Source: an uncultured Treponema sp. (GTDB taxonomy: Bacteria > Spirochaetota > Spirochaetia > Treponematales > Treponemataceae). From it: a stretch of DNA of 64,000 nucleotides. The notes under the pieces are model-generated. The model was not told the DNA's origin and ran no database searches. It saw only the letters and a program-made list of their open reading frames with translations. Each line of letters opens with the position of its first letter. Position 1 is the stretch's first letter. This document shows positions 39,284-46,877 of the stretch, piece by piece. A program made the position numbers and the translations under genes. The stretch covers positions 18,026-82,025 of the forward strand of contig CAZSJX010000007.1 of assembly GCA_964607295.1 (NCBI GenBank), written 5' to 3'.

Positions 39284-40792
39284 ATGAATATTTACGAATC
39301 TATTAATGCGCTTGCGGGCTACGGGCTTGCGGCCGGCCTCATTGAAGAGGATGATGTTGTCTATACAAAAAACCGCCTGCTTGAGCTTTTTTGCCTTGAC
39401 GGTTTTGAGAACAATCGGCAGGCTGAAGAGATTCCTTCCGTGGAAATCAGCGGTCTTGAGGACATTCTTAGAACCATGCTGGACTATGCGGTGGAAAAAA
39501 AGATTATAGAGGACGGAGTTGTGTTCCGCGATTTGTTCGACACTAAGATAATGTCGGTTCTTGTTGCCCGTCCGTCCGAGGTGCGCAGGAAGTTTTTCTC
39601 GCTTTACAAAAAGTCCCCGGAGGAGGCTACAGGCTGGTATTATAAATTCAGCCAGGACACTGACTATATCAGACGCTACAGGATATGCCGGGACTTGAAG
39701 TGGAAGACATCCACTGAGTACGGCGACATCGACATTACAATCAACCTTTCAAAGCCGGAAAAAGACCCGAGGGCAATCGCAGCTGCAAGAAATGCTCCGC
39801 AGGGAGGCTATCCTGAGTGCCTTCTGTGCAAGGAGAACGAGGGATACGCAGGCCGCGTGAACCATGCTGCGCGCCAGACACACAGGATAATTCCAGTTGA
39901 GCTTGCCGGAAAAATGTTCGGCCTTCAGTATTCGCCCTATGTTTATTACAACGAGCACTGCATTGTTTTCAGCATGGAGCATGAGCCGATGAAAATCTGC
40001 CCGGAAACTTTCCGTTATCTGTTCGGCTTTATAAAGCTTTTTCCTCACTATATAATCGGAAGCAACGCTGATTTGCCGATTGTAGGAGGCTCGATTCTTT
40101 CGCATAACCATTTCCAGGGCGGAAACTATGAGTTCCCGATGGCCGGCGCGCCAGTTGAAGAGACTTTTGTAGTTCCGGGGTTTGAAGATGTGCGCTGCGG
40201 AATTGTAAAGTGGCCTATGAGCGTGATCCGCCTTGACGGAACTGATTCAGAGAGGGTCTGCCTGCTTGCCGACAGGATTCTTGAAAAGTGGCGCTCGTAC
40301 ACAGACAGCGATGCGTTTATTTTTGCAGAGACTGATGGCGCAAAGCATAACACAATCACGCCTATCGCAAGAATGAGGGGCGCGGAATTCGAGCTTGACC
40401 TTGTTTTGCGCAACAATATAACGACCGGCGAGCATCCGCTTGGAGTTTTTCATCCGCACGCGGAGCTTCACCATATAAAGAAGGAGAACATCGGGCTTAT
40501 TGAAGTGATGGGACTTGCTGTTCTTCCTTCAAGGCTTAAGAATGAGCTTGCCGGAATTGAGGATGCGGTTTTGGACGGCAGGGACTTCCGTGACGATCAG
40601 GAGATTGGAAAGCACTACGACTGGGTGAAGTCTTTTGTTCCGAAGTACAAAAGCATAACAAAAGACAATATTGGAAAAATTCTTCAGGACGAGGTTGGAA
40701 TTGTGTTCGCAAAAGTTCTTGAGGATGCTGGTGTGTTCAAAAGAAACCCTGAGGGCAAAAAAGCATTTGAAAAATTCATAAAATCGTTGTAG
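39284..40792 (+). CDS. galT: UDP-glucose--hexose-1-phosphate uridylyltransferase (Firmicutes-type GalT)
   Basis: ITINLSKPEKDP, CLLCKENEGY, YNEHCIV, GSNADLPIVGGSILSHNHFQGG, NIGLIEVMGLAVLP. Confidence 0.93.
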   Translation: MNIYESINALAGYGLAAGLIEEDDVVYTKNRLLELFCLDGFENNRQAEEIPSVEISGLEDILRTMLDYAVEKKIIEDGVVFRDLFDTKIMSVLVARPSEVRRKFFSLYKKSPEEATGWYYKFSQDTDYIRRYRICRDLKWKTSTEYGDIDITINLSKPEKDPRAIAAARNAPQGGYPECLLCKENEGYAGRVNHAARQTHRIIPVELAGKMFGLQYSPYVYYNEHCIVFSMEHEPMKICPETFRYLFGFIKLFPHYIIGSNADLPIVGGSILSHNHFQGGNYEFPMAGAPVEETFVVPGFEDVRCGIVKWPMSVIRLDGTDSERVCLLADRILEKWRSYTDSDAFIFAETDGAKHNTITPIARMRGAEFELDLVLRNNITTGEHPLGVFHPHAELHHIKKENIGLIEVMGLAVLPSRLKNELAGIEDAVLDGRDFRDDQEIGKHYDWVKSFVPKYKSITKDNIGKILQDEVGIVFAKVLEDAGVFKRNPEGKKAFEKFIKSL

Positions 40793-40830
40793 TATGTGGA
40801 GATTTTAAAATATCATGCACGGAGATTAAA

Positions 40831-41868
40831 ATGCCTGATTTGTATATTCCTAAGAACTACAAGCCTTTGCTTAGCGTGAAGGAAACTGAGAAAGCTATCG
40901 TTTTGCTGAAGGATTTTTTTCAGCTTGCCCTTTCTACGGAGCTTGGGCTTACAAGGGTTACGGCGCCGCTGTTTGTAAGATCGGGCACTGGAATAAACGA
41001 TGATTTGAATGGAGTGGAGCGGCCTGTAAGGTTTCCTGTGAAGGATATGGGGGATTCCCAGATGGAGATTGTACATTCGCTTGCAAAATGGAAGCGCCTG
41101 AAAGTTTCTGAACTGGGCCTTGGCTGCGGATTTGGAATTTACACAGACATGAATGCTATCCGCGCGGACGAGACTTTGGATAATCTTCATTCGCTTTATG
41201 TTGACCAGTGGGACTGGGAAATGCGCATTGACGAGAACGACAGAAATGTAATGTTCCTGCGCGAGGCTGTCGAGCGTATTTACCGGGTTCTTAAGCAGAC
41301 TGAATTCTTTGTCTATGACAGGTATGAGAATATTGCTCCGGTTCTTCCGCCGAAAATTACTTTTGTTTATTCAGATGATTTGTACCGGCTTTATCCGGAC
41401 AAGACTCCAAAAGAGCGGGAAAATGAATTCTGCAGAAAGCACGGCGCAGTTTTTATAATTGGAATAGGCGGAAAGCTTCCTGACGGCTCAATCCATGACG
41501 GCCGCGCCCCGGACTATGATGACTGGATTACAGAAAGCGGCGACGGGCATATCGGCCTTAACGGAGACCTTTTTGTTTGGAATCCTGTTCTGAATCAGGC
41601 GATGGAGCTTTCTTCCATGGGAATAAGAGTTTCCAAGGAGTCTCTGGCTGCCCAGCTTAAGGAGCGCGGATGCCCGGAACGTGCGGAGCTTGATTTTCAC
41701 AAGAAGCTTTTGAACGGTTCGCTTGTTCAGACTATGGGCGGCGGAATAGGCCAGTCGCGCTTGTGTATGTACTTTTTACGCAAGGCGCACATTGGCGAGA
41801 CGCAGGTAAGCATCTGGCCTGACTCTATGGTAAGTGAATGTGAGAAGCATGGAATTGCAATCCTCTAG
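40831..41868 (+). CDS. asnA: Aspartate--ammonia ligase
   Basis: VHSLAKWKR, YVDQWDWE, HDGRAPDYDDW, ELSSMGIRV, GGGIGQSR. Confidence 0.96.
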   Translation: MPDLYIPKNYKPLLSVKETEKAIVLLKDFFQLALSTELGLTRVTAPLFVRSGTGINDDLNGVERPVRFPVKDMGDSQMEIVHSLAKWKRLKVSELGLGCGFGIYTDMNAIRADETLDNLHSLYVDQWDWEMRIDENDRNVMFLREAVERIYRVLKQTEFFVYDRYENIAPVLPPKITFVYSDDLYRLYPDKTPKERENEFCRKHGAVFIIGIGGKLPDGSIHDGRAPDYDDWITESGDGHIGLNGDLFVWNPVLNQAMELSSMGIRVSKESLAAQLKERGCPERAELDFHKKLLNGSLVQTMGGGIGQSRLCMYFLRKAHIGETQVSIWPDSMVSECEKHGIAIL

Positions 41869-42856
41869 CGGCCCGGACATTTCTGTCTTTTCAGTAGAAA
41901 AAATATTTGAGGCGCTTCCGTCGTTTTCAGCACGCGGAATCAAAGAGCTTTCTATTTCTGACAGGCAGTTTTCGCATGATAAGAATGGAATTCTTAGCCT
42001 AATAAAACAGATAAAGAAATTCTGCCCTGAGCTTTTTGTTTCAGTTTTAGTTTCGCCTGAAATCCTAGACAAGGCTCTTGTGCAGGAATTTCAAGAAATA
42101 TACTGCTCATTAGAAATTCCTTTTTGCGGAACAGAGAAGAACGGCGCGCTTTTGTTTGACAAAAAATTTTACTCGCAGAAGGCGCGGCTTTTAAATGATG
42201 CCGGGCTTGTTTTTGGCTTCAATATGGACTGGGGAAAAAAGCAGGGGGATACGTTCAAGAGCTTTAGGAGCCGCATTGATTTTGCCGTCTCGCTCTATCC
42301 GAACCATATTGATTTTCCGCAGCTGGAGGAAAAGCCGTATTGCGACCCTAAGCCGACAGGAATTTATTCTTCCAAGGATCTTGATTTTTCCAGAGGAATG
42401 GCTTTTGCCTGCAAGACTTTTTATTCAGCGGGAAGAGCTGTTCCGTGGTTTTGCAGCGTGATAAATGCGCTTAAAATAGACGCCTCTTCTTTTTTTGCTG
42501 ACTTTGAGGAATTTCAGCTTTGCAGCAGCTGCTCATTTGAAACTGGATTTGATCCGGAACTTGCCGGACACAAGGCGATTGAAAAGCTTCAGCTTTTGTT
42601 TTTAACGCAGAAGTTCGAGGAAAAAAATAAAATGCATCTTTTTGCAGCTGTAAAGGATATTCTGATTTTAAATGGCGCTTTTAGCCGTCTTGCAAGTGAA
42701 AATGAGGAAAGCGTGGTTGAAACTTCATACAATCCGGATGACCTGCTTTCTCCATGCTCCATGAATATTGTGGATTTTTGCGAGAATGTTACAATGGAAA
42801 GATGCTCCGTGAAAATTTTTGAGTCAGCTGAAGGACCTGATTATAAGATTCTTTAG
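41849..42856 (+). CDS. Hypothetical protein resembling a radical-SAM core lacking the CxxxCxxC motif
   Basis: Resembles the barrel and C-terminal part of B12-binding radical SAM proteins. Start is uncertain (41834 or 41849); both overlap asnA. Confidence 0.5.
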   Translation: MELQSSSGPDISVFSVEKIFEALPSFSARGIKELSISDRQFSHDKNGILSLIKQIKKFCPELFVSVLVSPEILDKALVQEFQEIYCSLEIPFCGTEKNGALLFDKKFYSQKARLLNDAGLVFGFNMDWGKKQGDTFKSFRSRIDFAVSLYPNHIDFPQLEEKPYCDPKPTGIYSSKDLDFSRGMAFACKTFYSAGRAVPWFCSVINALKIDASSFFADFEEFQLCSSCSFETGFDPELAGHKAIEKLQLLFLTQKFEEKNKMHLFAAVKDILILNGAFSRLASENEESVVETSYNPDDLLSPCSMNIVDFCENVTMERCSVKIFESAEGPDYKIL

Positions 42857-42867
42857 GCCGTGGTGTC

Positions 42868-43437
42868 TTACAGAATTCCGAGATGATTAAGAAGTATTTT
42901 TATTCCAATCAGTATTAAGATTGTTCCTCCTGCAATATCCGCTTTTTTCTCGTACCTGTTGCCGAATACGCTTCCGATTTTTACTCCGGCCGCAGAAAAG
43001 CAGAATGTTATTGTGCAGATAAAAAGGCTTGCAAGGATTATCTCTTTCAGAGTGTCAAGCAAAAGTCCGAATGTTATTCCCACTGCAAGCGCATCTATGC
43101 TGGTGGCGACTGCCATTACGAGCATTGTTTTCAGCGCGAATGAGTTGTCGACTTTTTCACATTCACTGGAGAATGTCTCCCGGATCATGTTTGCGCCTAT
43201 CGCAATTAAAAGGAAAAATGCAATCCAGTGGTCAAAATTTTCTATGTAGTATTTGAATCTTGAGCCTAGAATCCAGCCTAAGAACGGCATCAGGGCCTGA
43301 AAACCGCCAAACCAGAAGCCAGCAATGCACATCTCCTTGGCAGAAATGTTTTTTGACGCAAGACCCTTGCAGATTGAAACAGCGAAGGCATCCATGCTTA
43401 GCCCTACTGCTAAAATGAATAATTCCAAGACTGACAT
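42868..43437 (-). CDS. mntP: Manganese efflux pump MntP family
   Basis: AVGLSMDAFAVS, FGGFQALMP, ATSIDALAVG; six hydrophobic helices. Confidence 0.92.
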   Translation of the reverse strand: MSVLELFILAVGLSMDAFAVSICKGLASKNISAKEMCIAGFWFGGFQALMPFLGWILGSRFKYYIENFDHWIAFFLLIAIGANMIRETFSSECEKVDNSFALKTMLVMAVATSIDALAVGITFGLLLDTLKEIILASLFICTITFCFSAAGVKIGSVFGNRYEKKADIAGGTILILIGIKILLNHLGIL

Positions 43438-43499
43438 GGCGGTTATTATATTTCCCCAATAAAGTTGTGTAAAGGTAATTTTTTTTTCAGTGCTCTAAA

Positions 43500-43536
43500 A
43501 AAATCAAGCCCCAGCACCCGCTGAGGCTTGAAAAAT
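43500..43536. terminator. Bidirectional terminator-like hairpin upstream of mntP
   Basis: aaaaaaatcaagccccagc-acccgctgaggcttgaaaaa. Confidence 0.6.
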
Positions 43537-43795
43537 AAAGGAGTTCTTATGAAGAAAGTAAGAGGTCTCTTGTCTTTCAATAATAACAACATAATTCCAT
43601 TAATTTGGTTACAGCAGTTTAAAGAAAAACTAGAAAAAATTTTAATGCCGCTGGATAAAAAAAGCACGAATAAAAAAAAATCGGCCTTAACTCCAGTGCA
43701 AGAATGCATAAGGTGTTAGACCGATTTTATTTGTGCAGAGTGCTTGATTTTAAGGCGCTTGGACTATAATCGCCTTGTCTTGGAACAGGAATATT

Positions 43796-45283
43796 TTATT
43801 TTCCTATTTTGTACCGGGCTGTTGTTATTACGTGGCCATCGCTATAAACATCAAACCAAATTTCTTTCTTTGAGCTTGTGTCGAGAGCCGCATAGAATTC
43901 TTCAAGGCTTGAAACTTTTTTGTCGTTTACAGCGCAGATAATATCCCCTTCCTGCAGCCTTAGAGCCGCGGCAGGAGACTTTTCAAATACTCTTGCAACA
44001 ACAATTCCCTCAACATTTTCTTTTTCAATATTGAGCCTTTTTCTTAAGTCTGAAGTAAGAGGAGAGGCTACAAATCCAGGCCAAAGCTTTGAGTCGTTTG
44101 CTGTAACTTCCTCGTTGCGCTCATCAATCTTTACAGAAATCTCTTTTACAGTTTTTCCGCGCAGAACTTTTATAGACGTGGTTTTTCCCGCCGGAATGCC
44201 TCCGATTTCACGGATAAGCTGATCCACTGATTTTATATCGTGTCCGTTCAGCCCGATTATAAAGTCGCCTGGAAGAATTCCGCCTTTGTATGCAGGTCCG
44301 TCAAGAAATACCTGGCTTGCAAGCGCTCCCTGCTGCTTTTTGTCTATTCCAAGCTGCTCCTTGTATTCCTCTGTAGTTTCAACAAGGCTTATTCCAACCC
44401 AGCCATAAGTTATTTTTCCTTTGTCAATGAACTGGTTTATAGATTCCTTTATGTTGTTGATTGGAATTGAAAATCCAAGGCCCTGTGAACCGCCGGAATT
44501 TGAAGCAATCCAAGTATTTATTCCGATTACTTCTCCGGAAATATTTACAAGCGGACCGCCGGAATTTCCCTGGTTGATAGCCGCGTCAGTCTGGATAAAG
44601 TCGCTTATTGAGCCGATTTGTCCGCCGCTTCTTCCTGTCGCGCTTACAATTCCCTGTGTTACAGAAGCAAAGTATCCGAGCGGACTTCCAAGCGCAAGAA
44701 CGATATCTCCCTGCTGGATTGAGCTGCTGTCTCCGAGCTTTGCGATTGTAATTGTCTTGTCGCTGCTTTCAAATGAAACAAGAGCGATGTCCATGCGCTC
44801 GTCTTTTCCAACAAGCTTTCCTTCAAACTCGCGCTCATCGTTGAGCTTTATTTTTATTGAAGTGGCGTTTCCTACAACATGGTTGTTTGTAAGGACGTAA
44901 ACTGTGTTTCCGCTTCTTTTTACAATTACGCCGGAACCAAGCGCGGACTGCTCAAGTTCTTTTGTTCTGTCATCTTTTTCTTCACCGCGTGGAATTCCAA
45001 AGAAAAATGGAAGGTCGTCAAACGGAGAGAATGTCTTTACTTTTGTCTTTTCCTTAATATCAACTTCTACAACTGCCGGAAGAACTTGCGAAGTTATAGA
45101 GCGGAACGAGTTCTGCAGAGCCTGAGTGACTGCAAATGAATCCTGCGGAATCTGTGCGGCTGGTGTTTCTGCGAATGCGACAGATGCGGAGCCTTTGTTT
45201 ACCTTGCATGAAAGCGAGAATATTCCGGCTGCCATCATCGCGGCTGCGGCTGTGTACGCAATTTTTTTAATCATTTTTTTCAT
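43796..45283 (-). CDS. htrA: Do/HtrA (DegP) family serine endopeptidase with two PDZ domains
   Basis: GSGVI, LTNNHVV, DIAL, QTDAAINQGNSGGPL catalytic triad motifs; PDZ repeats. Confidence 0.92.
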   Translation of the reverse strand: MKKMIKKIAYTAAAAMMAAGIFSLSCKVNKGSASVAFAETPAAQIPQDSFAVTQALQNSFRSITSQVLPAVVEVDIKEKTKVKTFSPFDDLPFFFGIPRGEEKDDRTKELEQSALGSGVIVKRSGNTVYVLTNNHVVGNATSIKIKLNDEREFEGKLVGKDERMDIALVSFESSDKTITIAKLGDSSSIQQGDIVLALGSPLGYFASVTQGIVSATGRSGGQIGSISDFIQTDAAINQGNSGGPLVNISGEVIGINTWIASNSGGSQGLGFSIPINNIKESINQFIDKGKITYGWVGISLVETTEEYKEQLGIDKKQQGALASQVFLDGPAYKGGILPGDFIIGLNGHDIKSVDQLIREIGGIPAGKTTSIKVLRGKTVKEISVKIDERNEEVTANDSKLWPGFVASPLTSDLRKRLNIEKENVEGIVVARVFEKSPAAALRLQEGDIICAVNDKKVSSLEEFYAALDTSSKKEIWFDVYSDGHVITTARYKIGK

Positions 45284-45340
45284 ATTAAATTAAAACCTCC
45301 TGATTTTTGAAGTTTCTCTGTGCTGAAAATTTCTTTACTA

Positions 45341-45504
45341 CCCATAATTTCAAGTTAACTATAATTCAATATAAAAAAATAGCTGACAGTTGAGATGCGT
45401 CTGTTAAAAACGTCCGGTATTCGGGCTGCACAGTTTTTTTTGCCATCCGCCTCTCTGACTGCCACTATTTTTTTATTCACTATTAAAACTCAAAATTAAG
45501 GCTA
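45341..45504 (-). mobile_element. Fold-back MITE-like repeat, copy D (closest to copy C)
   Basis: caagttaactataattcaatataaaaaaatagctgacagttgagatgcgtctgttaaaaacgtccggtattcgggctgcacagttttttttgcc...aaaactcaaaattaaggcta. Confidence 0.8.
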
Positions 45505-45602
45505 CTAAAATAATAAACAAATTTTGAAAAGAGTTACATAGTTTTGTAAAAAAATATTCTATTCAAATTGAAAAAAATTATATCATAAACTAGAATAGTC
45601 CT

Positions 45603-46877
45603 ATGAACTTAGAAGATTACAGGCTTAATGCATATTCAGCTGGAGCCGCTTCAAATAAAAAGCTGGTTCATAAGCCGGTTTTTGAAAATGTCAATTCAAC
45701 AATAGACAGAATTGAAAAGCTTGGCAAAGAGCATGCGGAAAAACAGAATATAGAAAAGGCGAAAATCGCCGCAAAAACTGGAACCTGGTTTGAAAAGAAA
45801 AAATCAGCGACATCTGACGATGTAAAAAATGCGGCAAAAAATCTTACGAGCGGCGGACTTGTAAAGATTCCGGCATCTTCGGCGCAGAAAGACAATATTT
45901 ATAGAAGGGTTGCAAAATTTCTTGTAATAATTGGAATTGACGAGGCTGCTAAAATACTTCCGCATTTGACTGAAGAGCAGACCGAGAAAATAATTCCGGA
46001 AATCGCTTCGATTCAAAAAATTTCTCCGGAAGAGTCAGCTTCGATTCTTGAGGAATTCGACTCTCTTGTTGAAAAGGCAAGGGAAGAGGGCGGACTTGAA
46101 ACTGCGCGGAATATTTTAACAAAAGCCTATGGCTCTGAAAAAGCTGAGGATGTTCTAAAAAAATCTGTGAAGTATCCGGACGGCAAGCCTTTTGACTATC
46201 TTTCAGATGCGGACAGCGAGCGGATAAAAATTTTAATTGACGGAGAGTCGGATGCTGTAAAGTCGCTTGTACTTTCCCAGATTGAGCCAAAAAAAGCTGC
46301 GAAAATAATAAATCTAATGGACGCGGATGAGAAAAAAAATATTGTTCTGCGTCTTGCAAAAATGAAGCCGGTCGCTCCGGAGATTCTTTCGGAAATTGAC
46401 AAGAGCCTGCATGAGAAGCTCCTTGCGCAAAATACAGAGAATTCACAGAATATGGATGGCCGCGGAATTCTAGCCCAGATTCTAAAGAGAATGAATCCGT
46501 CCGCTGAAAATTCGATTATTAACACATTGAGCGAGCAGAATCCTGAGCTTGGTGAAGATTTGCGGAAAAGGCTTTTTACCGAGGAGGATGTTGTTGGCTC
46601 GGACGACAGGTTTATTCAGAATTATCTTCATGACATGGAAGATCGGGATATTGCAGTCTTGATTTATGGAAAAAGCGATGCCTTTAGAGAGAAAATTCTT
46701 TCAAATGTTTCCAAGAACAGAAGCCGCATGATTTTAGATGAAGAGAGCATGATTCATCATTTGACAAAATCTGACAGTGAAAAAATAACTTCATCTTTTT
46801 ATTCTGTTCTTAGGCGCGCCTGGGAAAATGGGGACCTGCGCGTTGCGGGAAGAGACGAGGGCGAGGTTTACGTATGA
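45603..46877 (+). CDS. fliG: Flagellar motor switch FliG paralog (spirochaete FliG1-like) with N-terminal extension
   Basis: RVAKFLVIIG, GGLETARNILTKAYG, PFDYL, LRKRLFT; adjacent to an M16 peptidase as in Treponema. Confidence 0.75.
   Translation: MNLEDYRLNAYSAGAASNKKLVHKPVFENVNSTIDRIEKLGKEHAEKQNIEKAKIAAKTGTWFEKKKSATSDDVKNAAKNLTSGGLVKIPASSAQKDNIYRRVAKFLVIIGIDEAAKILPHLTEEQTEKIIPEIASIQKISPEESASILEEFDSLVEKAREEGGLETARNILTKAYGSEKAEDVLKKSVKYPDGKPFDYLSDADSERIKILIDGESDAVKSLVLSQIEPKKAAKIINLMDADEKKNIVLRLAKMKPVAPEILSEIDKSLHEKLLAQNTENSQNMDGRGILAQILKRMNPSAENSIINTLSEQNPELGEDLRKRLFTEEDVVGSDDRFIQNYLHDMEDRDIAVLIYGKSDAFREKILSNVSKNRSRMILDEESMIHHLTKSDSEKITSSFYSVLRRAWENGDLRVAGRDEGEVYV

Noticed and set aside
43440-43620. 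yybP-ykoY manganese riboswitch upstream of mntP
   Set aside because: A gagacc motif and a terminator are present on the mntP strand, but the GGGGAGUA 5' motif is absent. An Infernal search would settle it.
43677-43728. attC-like site (gtctaac...gttaagg)
   Set aside because: Only ~38 bp between the core sites, one core deviates, and there is no integrase or cassette array.
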